From an uncultured Haloferula sp. (GTDB taxonomy: Bacteria; Verrucomicrobiota; Verrucomicrobiia; Verrucomicrobiales; Akkermansiaceae): a DNA stretch of 64,000 nucleotides. Below, piece after piece: positions 28,309 to 38,322 of the stretch; within the stretch, counting starts at the first letter, position 1, and each line of letters starts with the position of its first letter. The notes under the pieces are model-generated. The model had not been told where the DNA came from. It saw only the letters and a list, made by a program, of their open reading frames with translations, and did no database searches. The position numbers and the translations under genes were made by a program. The stretch is taken from assembly GCA_965652295.1 (NCBI GenBank), contig CBFGTS010000001.1:192001-256000 (forward strand), written 5' to 3'.

Positions 28309-29664
28309 GTGATTCGGATCGAGCATCCCCGCTTGGCTGGTGTCGTCGCGGCTTTGGGCGCGGGGCTGCTGCTGCTCGCGGTCACGCCCTCGGTTCCGTG
28401 GCTGGAGAGAGCCGACCGTGCGGTGTTCTCGTGGCTGGCGGGGGGGGATCCCGAAGTCGAGGGAAGAGGCTCGGCAGCCGATCCGCGCAAGATCGCGGAG
28501 TATGCCCGGCCCGCGGAGCCGGAGCCGATGGCGCTGTTGACGCTGGAGGAAGATCCGGAGGGCTGGTTCGAATCGATGCCACCGCCGCCCTCCGACATCG
28601 CAGTGGTGCTGGCGCGCCTGCACGAGTCCGGCTTGAGGCATCTGGGGATCGGCTACCCGTTGCAGTGGGACGAGGCGGACACCTTGGCGATCCAGGCGAT
28701 GCGCGGGGTGATGGACCGCTATGACGGACTGGTGCTGGGCTTTCCCCTGAAGGATGCGACGGCCGGAGATCCGGTGGCGGCACCGTTTCTCCGGGCCTCG
28801 GTGGATGACGCGGAGGTGATCGGAGACGTCACCGAACTGCCGGTGGTGAACGCGATCCGCGGCGTGACCCCCGAGCTGGGAGGGCGGAACTCGCTGGCTG
28901 GATTTACCCGGCTGGAGAGCGAGAAGGACGAACAGGAGCGCACCTACCTGTTGGCGCGGTGGGGCGATCGGGTGGTGTTTTCGCTACCGCTGGCGTTGGA
29001 GATCGCGCGGCGCGGCGTGGCTTTCGAGGACGTGGAGATCGAGGTGGGGAAGGCCATCCGCATCGGCGACTCCGGCCCGCGGATTCCGATCGATTTCCGG
29101 GGCCGGGCGCGGCTTCCGGCGACCGCGGCGGAGGTGTCGGAAATCCCGCTGAGGGCGGTGATCGAGGAATCGCTGCCGGAGGATTTCGCGGCGCAGGACC
29201 GGCCGGTGATGATCGGTGACGCCCGGCTGCTCGGGCCGAAGGAGGACGTGGCGTGGGCTGCCGGTGTGGGAGCGGTGGACCGCTTGATCCGCACCGCGCC
29301 GGTGCGGACTGCGCTGCGCGAGGTGCCGCGGTTGAACGGGCTGGCGGAGCTGGGCTTGTTGATCGCGAGCGCGCTTTTCTGCGGGTGGATTCTGAAGGCG
29401 GGGATGATCGAGGTGCGGGTGGGCATCGCGGTGACGGCCATGCTCGCTTTGGGTGCGCTGGCGCTGGTGGTGATCCGCTATCTGGGTGTCACCCCGCCGT
29501 TGCTGGCGCTGCTCTGTCAGCCTCCGGTCGCCCTGCTGGCAGGAGAATACGCGCGGATTTCGACGCGGGTGGGAATCGTGACCGGCGGTGAAGAGCCGGT
29601 GGCCCCCGAACCGGTGCGGAAGAAGGAGGGCGGCAGGAAGCGGCGCAGGAAGCGGCGGCGTTGA
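28309..29664 (+). CDS. Hypothetical membrane protein with CHASE2-like topology
   Basis: N-terminal TM, large extracytoplasmic region, three C-terminal TMs, polybasic tail. Confidence 0.55.
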   Translation: MIRIEHPRLAGVVAALGAGLLLLAVTPSVPWLERADRAVFSWLAGGDPEVEGRGSAADPRKIAEYARPAEPEPMALLTLEEDPEGWFESMPPPPSDIAVVLARLHESGLRHLGIGYPLQWDEADTLAIQAMRGVMDRYDGLVLGFPLKDATAGDPVAAPFLRASVDDAEVIGDVTELPVVNAIRGVTPELGGRNSLAGFTRLESEKDEQERTYLLARWGDRVVFSLPLALEIARRGVAFEDVEIEVGKAIRIGDSGPRIPIDFRGRARLPATAAEVSEIPLRAVIEESLPEDFAAQDRPVMIGDARLLGPKEDVAWAAGVGAVDRLIRTAPVRTALREVPRLNGLAELGLLIASALFCGWILKAGMIEVRVGIAVTAMLALGALALVVIRYLGVTPPLLALLCQPPVALLAGEYARISTRVGIVTGGEEPVAPEPVRKKEGGRKRRRKRRR

Positions 29665-29719
29665 GCGTGGCTTGCGCTTTTCCTCCGGCGCAGGGCGGCT
29701 ATGGTCGCCGGACCAGACC

Positions 29720-30598
29720 ATGAGCCTCTACGAACCGACCAACAAAGCGCAGGCGCTGATCGAGGCGCTGCCCTACTTGCAGTCCTTCCGCGGAAAGACC
29801 TTTCTCATCAAGATGGGTGGCTCGGCGATGGAAGACCCGGAGCTGGTGCGGAAGGTGATGCGCGACATCGTGTTTCTCGAAGTGGCGGGGATCAATCCAG
29901 TCGTCGTCCATGGCGGCGGCAAGGCGATCTCGGCGGCGATGAAGACCGCCGGCCTTGAGGCCGAATTCGTCGGTGGACTGCGGCGCACCAGTGAGGAGGC
30001 GATCGGGATCGTGGAAAAGGTGCTCTCGAATGAGATCAATCCCGGTCTCGTCCAGATGATCCGCGAGTTCGGTGGGAAAGCCACGGGGATTCCCGGAACG
30101 GACGTGTTTCTTGGCGAAAAGATGCAGGTCAAGGGTGCCGACGGTGAAGCGGTGGACATCGGCCGTGTGGGCGAGGTGGTCGGCTGCAAGCTGGCCAACA
30201 TGGATCCCGCTTTCGAAGCCGGGATCGTGCCGGTGATTTCGCCTTTGGCGGCCGAGCTGGCGACGGGCAAGCCGCTCAACATCAATGCCGATCTGGCGGC
30301 AGCCGCGTTGGCGAAGGACCTCCGTGTTTCCAAGCTGGTTTACCTTTCCGATGTTCCCGGGGTGATGCGAGATCCCTCGTATCCGGATACCTTGATTCAT
30401 TCGATCAACCGCGAGGAAGCCGAGGCTTTGATCGCGGATGGCACCATCAATGGCGGGATGATTCCGAAGATCCGCAGCGCGCTGGATGCGCTCAACGCCG
30501 GCGTCCGCAAGGTGCATTTCATCGATGGCCGCTTGCCGCATGCGCTGCTGCTGGAGATCTTCACGGACGGCGGCGTGGGAACCGAGGTGACCTTGTGA
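29720..30598 (+). CDS. argB: Acetylglutamate kinase
   Basis: EALPYL, IKMGGSAM, VHGGG, NINAD, GGMIPK. Confidence 0.95.
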   Translation: MSLYEPTNKAQALIEALPYLQSFRGKTFLIKMGGSAMEDPELVRKVMRDIVFLEVAGINPVVVHGGGKAISAAMKTAGLEAEFVGGLRRTSEEAIGIVEKVLSNEINPGLVQMIREFGGKATGIPGTDVFLGEKMQVKGADGEAVDIGRVGEVVGCKLANMDPAFEAGIVPVISPLAAELATGKPLNINADLAAAALAKDLRVSKLVYLSDVPGVMRDPSYPDTLIHSINREEAEALIADGTINGGMIPKIRSALDALNAGVRKVHFIDGRLPHALLLEIFTDGGVGTEVTL

Positions 30599-31134
30599 TG
30601 TTCGGCGAAATCGACGATCCGTTCGCCGCTCCCGGCGATGACCACTGGATGCGCCAGGCGCTGAGGGAGGCAGAGCGGGCGTATGAGGCGACCGAGGTGC
30701 CGATCGGCTGCGTGATCGTGCGGGAAGGTCGAGTGATCGGCCGCGCGTGGAATCAGGTGGAGACGCTGAAAGACGCCACCGCTCACGCGGAAATGCTGGC
30801 CCTGACGGCGGCGCAGCAGGCGCTGGGCGATTGGCGGCTGGAGGGCTGCACGCTCTATGTGACCAAGGAGCCATGCCCGATGTGCGCCGGGGCGATCGTC
30901 CACTGCCGGCCGGACCGGGTGGTGTTCGGCTGCCCGGATGACAAGGGCGGGGCGGCGGGAGGTTGGATCAATCTGCTCGATTCGAACCCACCGCTCAATC
31001 ATCGCTGCGAGGTGACGAGCGGGGTGCTGGGTGAGGAAAGCCTGGCGCTGTTGCAGGGTTTTTTCCGGGAGGCGAGGGCGAAAAAAAAGGCCCTGAGGGA
31101 TGGGGCGAAACTCCCGCCCGATGAGCCGGTGTGA
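30598..31134 (+). CDS. tadA: tRNA adenosine(34) deaminase
   Basis: EVPIG, TAHAEM, EPCPMCAGA. Confidence 0.92.
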   Translation: MFGEIDDPFAAPGDDHWMRQALREAERAYEATEVPIGCVIVREGRVIGRAWNQVETLKDATAHAEMLALTAAQQALGDWRLEGCTLYVTKEPCPMCAGAIVHCRPDRVVFGCPDDKGGAAGGWINLLDSNPPLNHRCEVTSGVLGEESLALLQGFFREARAKKKALRDGAKLPPDEPV

Positions 31135-31145
31135 CCGAGGCTCGG

Positions 31146-31194
31146 GGAGCGCCGGCATCTTGCCGGCAGCTTTCGGCAGGATGCCGAAAGCTCT
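31146..31194. repeat. Two adjacent REP-like palindromes
   Basis: GGAGC-GCCGGCATCTTGCCGGC followed by AGCTTTCGGCAGGATGCCGAAAGCT. Confidence 0.7.
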
Positions 31195-32161
31195 TCTTTG
31201 CGTCGTCCCCTGCTTGCTGAGTTCGTGCAGCACCCTGGAATTCTACTCGCAGGCGGTCGCCGGCCAGCTCGACGTGATGAGCCGGACGCAGCCGAACGAA
31301 CGTGTCATCCGCCAGACGCGGGATCCGGAACTCCGGGAACGCCTGGAGTTGACCGCACGTCTGCTGGCATTTGCCGAGGCGGAGCTGAAGATGCCGTCCG
31401 GCGGGGCCTACGAACGCTACGCAGCGTTGGGCAGGGAGCATCTCGTGTGGGTGATCCACGCCGCGCCCGAGCTCTCGCTGGAGCCGAAGAAGTGGTGGTA
31501 TCCGGTAGTCGGCTGGCAGGCGTATCGCGGCTACTTCAGGGAGGATCTGGCGGAAAAGGAAACCGCCCGGCTGGAGGCGGAGGGCTATGAAGTGTGGTCG
31601 GGCGGAGTCGATGCGTTTTCCACGCTCGGTTGGTTCAAGGATCCGGTGCTGGACACCTTTGCCGATTACGAGGAGGTGGACTTCGCCGAGACGATCTTCC
31701 ACGAGCTGACCCATCGGAAATACTACATTCCTGGTACTACCGATGAGAACGAGGCTTTGGCCGAGGCCGTGGCCCGCGAGGGGGTGCGGCGGTGGTTCCG
31801 CCACACCGGCAGGCCGGAGCTGGTGGCGAAATACGACGAGCGGCTGCACAAGCTGGGCGAGGCCAGGGCGGCGATCGTTTCCACGGTGAACCGGCTGGAG
31901 AAAATCTACGGCAGCCCCCGTAGCGACGCCGAAAAGCGGGCGACGAAGAAGGGGGAGCTGGCGAATCTGCGGAATCGCCTGCTGGAGTTACGCACCCGCT
32001 GGGGTCGCGGTCTGGCCTCGTGGATCGAGGAGCCGGTGAACAACGCCCGCCTCAATGCCTTCACCACCTACGAGGAACGCGTCCCGCACTTCACCGCGAT
32101 GATCGAGCAGGCAGGCGGCGATTTCGAGGTGTTCTGGGAGTCAGTGAAGGATTCACGGTAG
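31181..32161 (+). CDS. Putative zinc aminopeptidase lipoprotein
   Basis: Lipobox LSSC, WWYPVVG, YRGYF, AFSTLGWF, FHELTH, NEALA. Confidence 0.85.
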   Translation: MPKALLCVVPCLLSSCSTLEFYSQAVAGQLDVMSRTQPNERVIRQTRDPELRERLELTARLLAFAEAELKMPSGGAYERYAALGREHLVWVIHAAPELSLEPKKWWYPVVGWQAYRGYFREDLAEKETARLEAEGYEVWSGGVDAFSTLGWFKDPVLDTFADYEEVDFAETIFHELTHRKYYIPGTTDENEALAEAVAREGVRRWFRHTGRPELVAKYDERLHKLGEARAAIVSTVNRLEKIYGSPRSDAEKRATKKGELANLRNRLLELRTRWGRGLASWIEEPVNNARLNAFTTYEERVPHFTAMIEQAGGDFEVFWESVKDSR

Positions 32162-32236
32162 GTGCCAGGATCGAACACGATCCCGCTGAAGTCTTCGCCG
32201 AGAAAGGGCCGGGATGAGACAGCCGTAGGGGAAGGT

Positions 32237-33307
32237 GTGAAGTTTCTGGCGGTGTGGGTTTCGTTGGTGGCGTGGTGTTGCGCGGCGGAAGTCCGGTGGC
32301 TGCCGAAGACGCGGGTGATGGTGGCGCGAGGAGGGTATGCGCGGATGGCGCGGGTGGGTGAGGCGCGGTTGCTGTGCGCGTACTCGGCGCGTGGGGGGAT
32401 CCGGGTGAAGGAAAGCCGGGATGGAGGCCGGACGTGGGGAGACGAGCGGCGGGTGGGCGAGGAGGAGGGCTCTTCATTGACGAACGCGGAACTGCTGGTG
32501 CTGCGAAACGGCGAAGTGTGGTGCCTCTACAACCGTCGTCCGCGGGAGGGGGCCGGTTCTCGGTTTGCGGTGGGTTTTTTCCGTAGCAGGGATGGAGGTG
32601 AAACCTGGGGGGAAGCGGAGGTGCTCTATGAGGCGGGCCGCGAGTTCGAGAACGGCTGTTGGGAACCGGCGGGGCTGGAGCTTCCGGATGGGGAAATCCA
32701 AGTGTATTTCGCCAACGAAGGCCCCTACACGAAGAGCAATGAGCAGGAGGTCACGCTGCTGAGATCGCGGAATGGCGGGCGCATGTGGGACAAGCCGGAG
32801 ACGGTTTCATTCCGTGCCGGATCACGCGATGGGATGCCGGTGCCGGCGCTGTTGCCGGAGGTGAAAGGGATCGCGGTGGCAATCGAGGACAATGGGCTGC
32901 GCGGGACCTTCAAGCCGGTGATTCTGGGCACGAGCTGGGTTGGCGGCGGCTGGAGGGACGACGTCGTCGATGGCGACCATCGTGGCCGCTGGCCGGCCCT
33001 GGCGGAGCGGTTGCCTGCGGAGACCTATGCCGGTGCGCCTTATCTGCGATGGGTGCGGAAGGGCGTCACGGTGATTTCCTTCCAGCTCGCCGAGAGCGGT
33101 GACATGAACGACGCGCGGATGGCGGTCTGTTTGGGAAACGGCCGCGCGGAGGATTTCGGCGAGTCTTCGTTTCCGTTTCCCGAAGGGCGGCGCCAGCTGT
33201 GGAACTCGCTGCTGGTGAAGGACGAGAGCACGATCACCGCAGTGAGCGAGGCGACCGTGGACGGAGTGCGGGGAATCTGGGCGATCGATGGCGAGATCAA
33301 GCCGTAA
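32237..33307 (+). CDS. BNR/Asp-box (sialidase-fold) glycoside hydrolase-like protein
   Basis: Asp-boxes SRDGGRTW, SRDGGETW, SRNGGRMW; signal peptide; start approximate. Confidence 0.8.
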   Translation: MKFLAVWVSLVAWCCAAEVRWLPKTRVMVARGGYARMARVGEARLLCAYSARGGIRVKESRDGGRTWGDERRVGEEEGSSLTNAELLVLRNGEVWCLYNRRPREGAGSRFAVGFFRSRDGGETWGEAEVLYEAGREFENGCWEPAGLELPDGEIQVYFANEGPYTKSNEQEVTLLRSRNGGRMWDKPETVSFRAGSRDGMPVPALLPEVKGIAVAIEDNGLRGTFKPVILGTSWVGGGWRDDVVDGDHRGRWPALAERLPAETYAGAPYLRWVRKGVTVISFQLAESGDMNDARMAVCLGNGRAEDFGESSFPFPEGRRQLWNSLLVKDESTITAVSEATVDGVRGIWAIDGEIKP

Positions 33308-34229
33308 CACGGCGGCGACGCAGGGCGAAGGAGATGCCGGCGAGGCCGTAGAGCATGGTGAGGGCCGGTTCGGGCACCGCCACGATAGCCTCGATCTGCG
33401 CGCCGTAGAAGGACAGATCGGCGATGTAGGTGCCATTGCCGAAGACGGCACTCGTGGTTCCGCCGGGTTGATTCTCGAAGTTCGCGACCGCGTGGATCAT
33501 GCCGGTGAGTTCCCAATTGCCGCCGTTTTTGATGAACACGGCTCCGCCGGAGTCTCCTTGGACGGCCTGCGCCTCATTGGCGACAGCTCCTCCGCCATCG
33601 GTGAAGGTGGTGGTGAAGGAACGGACGGTTCCGTGCGAACCCGTCACGTCAAGGCCTGTGCTGGAGGTGAGGTTTTCGCCCCAACGGATCGAGTTGCCGC
33701 TGCTGGCGAGGTAGCCGCTCCGATCGGCAGGCGGCGGAGGGGTGACGACCGTCCAAACATCGTCCGCGGATCCTGGACCCACGGTTACATCCCAAGAGGT
33801 CAGGGAGGTGGCGCGGTTTCGCCCGTTTCCAATCATGACGAGGGGATCGCTGGTGACGGTAGGGGCGGAGCTGATGGAGAGGCTGGCAAGACCCGGGTCG
33901 GTTGCGAGACGGAAGAGGACGAGATCGGTCGAAACGGTCATCCCCGGGGTGCTGTTGTTGTTGAGCCGCTGCCACGTGGCCGCCTCGGTGGCGTAGCTGG
34001 TGCCGCCGAAGTTCACGCTGGCCGGAAGGGAATTCGCCACGTGGTGGGCGGTCAGAACCCACCGGTTTCCGAGATAGATGGCCGAGGCGCTGTTGAGTTT
34101 CCCGATGTTGGCGAAGCCGGGGTCGTCCACGGGTGCCGAGGTGTTTCCCGCTCCGGTGCCGCCGGAAATGACGACCGCTGCGGCGGGTAGGGAGAGCAGA
34201 GAGCAAATTGCAAAGGGGAGCCGGATCAT
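33297..34229 (-). CDS. Trypsin-like serine protease with PEP-CTERM tail
   Basis: WVLTAHHV, TDLVLF, GDSGG, VPEP + TM + RRRR. Confidence 0.88.
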   Translation of the reverse strand: MIRLPFAICSLLSLPAAAVVISGGTGAGNTSAPVDDPGFANIGKLNSASAIYLGNRWVLTAHHVANSLPASVNFGGTSYATEAATWQRLNNNSTPGMTVSTDLVLFRLATDPGLASLSISSAPTVTSDPLVMIGNGRNRATSLTSWDVTVGPGSADDVWTVVTPPPPADRSGYLASSGNSIRWGENLTSSTGLDVTGSHGTVRSFTTTFTDGGGAVANEAQAVQGDSGGAVFIKNGGNWELTGMIHAVANFENQPGGTTSAVFGNGTYIADLSFYGAQIEAIVAVPEPALTMLYGLAGISFALRRRRVTA

Positions 34230-34356
34230 GGGTTCGCGGAAGTCGATGAGGGTATTTCACAAATGAAGTAAGTCGGCAAGAAGTTGTGGGACCCGTCTTC
34301 GCGGAGGCACTTCAAGCAGGCTGGACAGGCGGCAGGGGGCTGCGCACCTTCGCCGC

Positions 34357-35466
34357 GTGGCGGGCATCCATGCGATCATCGGAACCGACGAAGGTCGGGT
34401 CAAAGAGGAGGCGCTGCGGCTCCATCGGGAGCTGACGGGCGGCAATGACGACGGCTTCACCCACGAGACGATCGACGGTACCGCGGACAACGCCGAAGGG
34501 GCGTTCCAGATCTGCAGGTCCGTCGTGGAGGCGCTGAACACGCTGCCGTTTTTCGGAGGGGAAAAGGTGGTCTGGCTGAAATCCGCGACCTTTCTGGTAG
34601 ACGACGTGACCGGGCGGGCGGAGCGGACGCTTTCCGGGGTGGAGGCACTCAAGGACTGTTTGGAGGCGGGCTTGGCGCAGGGAGTGACCTTCCTGCTTAG
34701 CGCCACGGGCATCGACAAGCGGCGGGCGTTCTGGAAGTTCCTCGAAAAGAACGGCACGGTGCGGAGCTTCGACCGGATCGATACTTCGAAAGAGGGTTGG
34801 GAGGAGGAGGTCGCGCGGCTGGTGCGCGGGCGGGCGAAGGATCTCGGACTGACGTTCGAGGCGGAAGCGCTGGAGCTTTTCGTGATGCAGGCGGGCGAAG
34901 CCACGCGGCAAATCGGCTCGGAATTGGAAAAGCTGGACCTCTACCTCGGACCGGAGCGGCGCACGGTGGAGCTGGACGACGTCCGCAGACTGGTGCCGAT
35001 GAGCCGGGCGGGCATCGTTTTCGAAATCGGCAAAGCCCTCCAGACCGGCGATGCGGCGCGGGCGATCGAGCTGATCGACCGGCTGCTGGTCAGCGGGGAA
35101 AGCGCGATCGGTCTGATGCGGGCCTCGATCATTCCCACCGTGCGGAGTCTTTTCATGGCGCGGGTGGTGGCGGACATGGGCGTGCGCGGTGGCTCGTATC
35201 CGGCGTTTTCCAGTGCCTTGGAAAAGCTGCCGCCGCTCAAGAAGGCGTGGCTGCCGCAGAAGAAGGCGGGCGGGGTGAATGCGTATCCGCTGTTTCTTTC
35301 CCAGCAGGCCGCCGGAGCGTTCACCCAGCCGGCCTTGCGCTCGCTGATGGAGTCCGCGCTGAAAGCCGACAAGGCGTTGGTGACGACCGGTTTGGATCAC
35401 CGCCTGGTGCTCCACCGTTTCGTCGCGGAAATGAGCGCTGCGGTGGAAAGGAAGCGGGGAGCGTAG
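34357..35466 (+). CDS. holA: DNA polymerase III subunit delta
   Basis: TLPFFGGEKVV, IDKRR, ELEKLDLY; typical length. Confidence 0.85.
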   Translation: MAGIHAIIGTDEGRVKEEALRLHRELTGGNDDGFTHETIDGTADNAEGAFQICRSVVEALNTLPFFGGEKVVWLKSATFLVDDVTGRAERTLSGVEALKDCLEAGLAQGVTFLLSATGIDKRRAFWKFLEKNGTVRSFDRIDTSKEGWEEEVARLVRGRAKDLGLTFEAEALELFVMQAGEATRQIGSELEKLDLYLGPERRTVELDDVRRLVPMSRAGIVFEIGKALQTGDAARAIELIDRLLVSGESAIGLMRASIIPTVRSLFMARVVADMGVRGGSYPAFSSALEKLPPLKKAWLPQKKAGGVNAYPLFLSQQAAGAFTQPALRSLMESALKADKALVTTGLDHRLVLHRFVAEMSAAVERKRGA

Positions 35467-35608
35467 CGGCGTCGATCCTGGAGTGTGCCGCAGCCGGAGG
35501 CGATGGCGCGGAATTCCGCGGCATCGCGGTCGATGCCCTGTCGCAGCTCCACCAAAAAGCCGGGCGCCTGTTGGGGCGACCGGCTTGGAAGGCGAGGCAG
35601 CTACGGGA

Positions 35609-37111
35609 TCAGGCGTAGGTGATCTGGAGGCCGTAGGCGACGTCGTTCCATTCGAGTTCCTGGCGGAACTGGCGGACCTTGGTGTCACCATCGATCACGA
35701 CCAGCTCGATGCCGGCGATGTTCGCGAAATCCTCGAGCATCTCGGTGGTCACCGCCTGGCTGTAGCCGGTGTGGTGGGCTCCGCCGGCGTAGATCCAGCA
35801 GGCGCAGCCGTCTTCGAAGTTCGGCAGCGGCTTCCACAGCGCTTGGGCGACGGGAAGCTTGGGCATTTCCGGGCCGGTGGTGCCTTCGACTTCATTGACG
35901 AGCATCCGGAAGCGGTTGCCCATGTCGATGATCGAGGCGTTGAGACCGGGGGCGGCCGGGGTGTTGAAAACGAGGCGGGCGGGATCGGCCTTGCCGCCGA
36001 TGCCGAGCGGGTGGACCTGGAGCGAGGGTTTGCCGTCGGCGATGGTCGGGCAGATTTCCAGCATGTGCGCGCCGAGCACCTTCGGATCGGCGGGGTCCAT
36101 GTGGTAGGTGTAGTCCTCCATGAAGGAGGTGCCGCCTTCGAGGCCGGTGGCCATGACTTTCATGGCGCGGACGAGTGCCGCAGTCTTCCAGTCGCCCTCG
36201 CCGGCGAAGCCGTAGCCCTGGGCCATGAGGCGCTGAGGCGCGAGGCCGGGGAGCTGGACGAGGCCGTGGAGGTCTTCGAAGGTGGTGGTGAAACCCTTGA
36301 AATGGCCTTCTTCGAGGAAGGTCTTGAGGCCGAGCTCGATGCGGGCGGCCTCACGGAGCGACTCGTGCCGGGCGCCGCCCTTCTTGAGATCGTCGGCGAT
36401 CTCGTAGCTGGATTCGTATTCGGCGATGAGGGCGTCGAGGTCGGCGTCGCTGACGGCGTCCACTTTGGCGACGAGATCGCCGACGCCGTAGCCGTTGACG
36501 GAAAAGCCGAACTTGATCTGGGCGGTGACTTTGTCGCCTTCGGTCACGGCGACCTCACGCATATTGTCGCCGAAGCGGCAGAATTTGCCTCCCTGCCAGT
36601 CGTGCCAAGCGGCGGCGGCGCGGGTCCAGGCACCGAGTTTTTCCTGCACCGAGTCCGCCTGCCAGAATCCGACGACCACCTTCCGCTTGCGGCGGATGCG
36701 GGACATGATGAACCCGTGCTCGCGGTCGCCATGGGCGGCCTGGTTGAGGTTCATGAAGTCCATGTCGATGGACGACCACGGGATGTCGCGGTTGTACTGG
36801 GTGTGGAGGTGGCAGATGGGCTTGGAAAGCAGGCCCAGGCCGTTGATCCACATTTTCGACGGAGAGAAGGTGTGGCACCAGGTGATGAGGCCGATGCAGC
36901 CAGGGGTGTTGTTCGCTTCCCGGCACAGCTCGGTGATCTCGGCCGGCGTTTTCATCACCGGCTTGAAAACCACTTTCACGGGGATGCGAGCGCTGGCGTC
37001 CAGACCGGCGGCGATTTCCTCCGAGTGGGCGGCGACTTGCTTGAGAGTTTCGGGGCCGTAGAGGTGCTGGCTGCCGGTCACGAACCAGACTTCGAGTTGT
37101 TTCAATTCCAT
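35609..37111 (-). CDS. araA: L-arabinose isomerase
   Basis: [42 protein letters not shown]. Confidence 0.97.
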   Translation of the reverse strand: MELKQLEVWFVTGSQHLYGPETLKQVAAHSEEIAAGLDASARIPVKVVFKPVMKTPAEITELCREANNTPGCIGLITWCHTFSPSKMWINGLGLLSKPICHLHTQYNRDIPWSSIDMDFMNLNQAAHGDREHGFIMSRIRRKRKVVVGFWQADSVQEKLGAWTRAAAAWHDWQGGKFCRFGDNMREVAVTEGDKVTAQIKFGFSVNGYGVGDLVAKVDAVSDADLDALIAEYESSYEIADDLKKGGARHESLREAARIELGLKTFLEEGHFKGFTTTFEDLHGLVQLPGLAPQRLMAQGYGFAGEGDWKTAALVRAMKVMATGLEGGTSFMEDYTYHMDPADPKVLGAHMLEICPTIADGKPSLQVHPLGIGGKADPARLVFNTPAAPGLNASIIDMGNRFRMLVNEVEGTTGPEMPKLPVAQALWKPLPNFEDGCACWIYAGGAHHTGYSQAVTTEMLEDFANIAGIELVVIDGDTKVRQFRQELEWNDVAYGLQITYA

Positions 37112-37292
37112 GAGTGCTCTGGGTTGAGAAGAGTTGCTGAACGAGAGACAGGAAACGTTTCTCTCGCCTGCGGTGCAAGAGATGTTTGGTCGATGACGGC
37201 AAATCGTCCCTTCCAAAGTCCGTCAACCCGCGGGTGCCGGCCGGGGTTTTCGGGTGGAATGTCCGGCCTCGTTGGGTAGCGTGAGGAAACCC

Positions 37293-38318
37293 ATGAATGC
37301 ACGTTCGTTTCTTTGTTCTTCGATTGTTTTTCTAGCCCTCGTTGGTGCTTCCGCCGTCCGGGCGGAGGTTCTGGAGTATGAGAACCCTGTCTGGGACGGC
37401 TACCTGGCGGACCCGTTTGCGTTCAAATCCGGCGACACGTGGTACGCGATCGGGACCGGAGAGACGGAGGACGGGAAGCAGTTTCCCATTCTGAAGTCGG
37501 AGAACTTCACCGACTGGGAGCTGGTCGGAGGTGCCTTGGAGAAGATCGAGGGCATCGACGAATACTGGGCACCGGAGATTGCGGAAAAGGATGGCAAATT
37601 TTACCTCTACTGGGCCGGGAACCGGAAGATGCGGGTGGCGGTGAGCGATTCCCCGACCGGTCCGTTCAAGGACACCGGCAAGCTGATGTTTCCGGACCTG
37701 GATTTCTCGATTGATGGCCATGCCTTCAAGGATCCGCAGAGTGGGCAGTGGTACTTCTTTTTCGCCAAGGACTACTTCGATTTGCGGCCGGGCACGGCGC
37801 TGGCGGTGGTGAAACTGGGCGATGACATGATGACGCCGGAAGGGGAGCAGAAAACGGTGATGAGGGCCTTCGCGGACTGGCAGATCTATGAACGGGACCG
37901 CGAGCTCTACGGCAAGAAATGGAAGGCATGGCATACGGTCGAGGGGCCGGCGGTGGTGTTCCGCGACGGGCTTTACTACCTCTTTTACTCCGGCGGAAAC
38001 TGGCAGACGCCCGGGTACGGAGTCGGGTGTGCGAACAGCGCCACGGTCGATGGCCTCTACGTCGATGAGCTTTCGCGGGACAAGGCGGGCGTGATCCACA
38101 CGATTCCCGGGGAGTTGATCGGCCCCGGTCACAATTCGGTGGTGCTGGGTCCGGATGGGGAGACGTGGTTCAATGTCTATCACTCTTGGAACGAGGCACA
38201 GACCAAGCGGCAGATGTGCATGGACCCTCTGGTGTGGGTGAAAAACGGGGCCCGCACCCATCAGCCCGGCCGTGGCAGGAAAACCGTCGAGCTGCCTCTG
38301 GAAAATGCAGCGGAGTAG
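37293..38318 (+). CDS. Secreted GH43 glycoside hydrolase
   Basis: LADPF, WAPE, IDGH, VEGP, GPGHNS. Confidence 0.9.
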   Translation: MNARSFLCSSIVFLALVGASAVRAEVLEYENPVWDGYLADPFAFKSGDTWYAIGTGETEDGKQFPILKSENFTDWELVGGALEKIEGIDEYWAPEIAEKDGKFYLYWAGNRKMRVAVSDSPTGPFKDTGKLMFPDLDFSIDGHAFKDPQSGQWYFFFAKDYFDLRPGTALAVVKLGDDMMTPEGEQKTVMRAFADWQIYERDRELYGKKWKAWHTVEGPAVVFRDGLYYLFYSGGNWQTPGYGVGCANSATVDGLYVDELSRDKAGVIHTIPGELIGPGHNSVVLGPDGETWFNVYHSWNEAQTKRQMCMDPLVWVKNGARTHQPGRGRKTVELPLENAAE

Positions 38319-38322
38319 CGGC

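Noticed and set aside
9565..31194. Palindromic repeats as a CRISPR array or IS ends
   Set aside because: No regular repeat-spacer array, no cas gene or transposase; they fit REP elements
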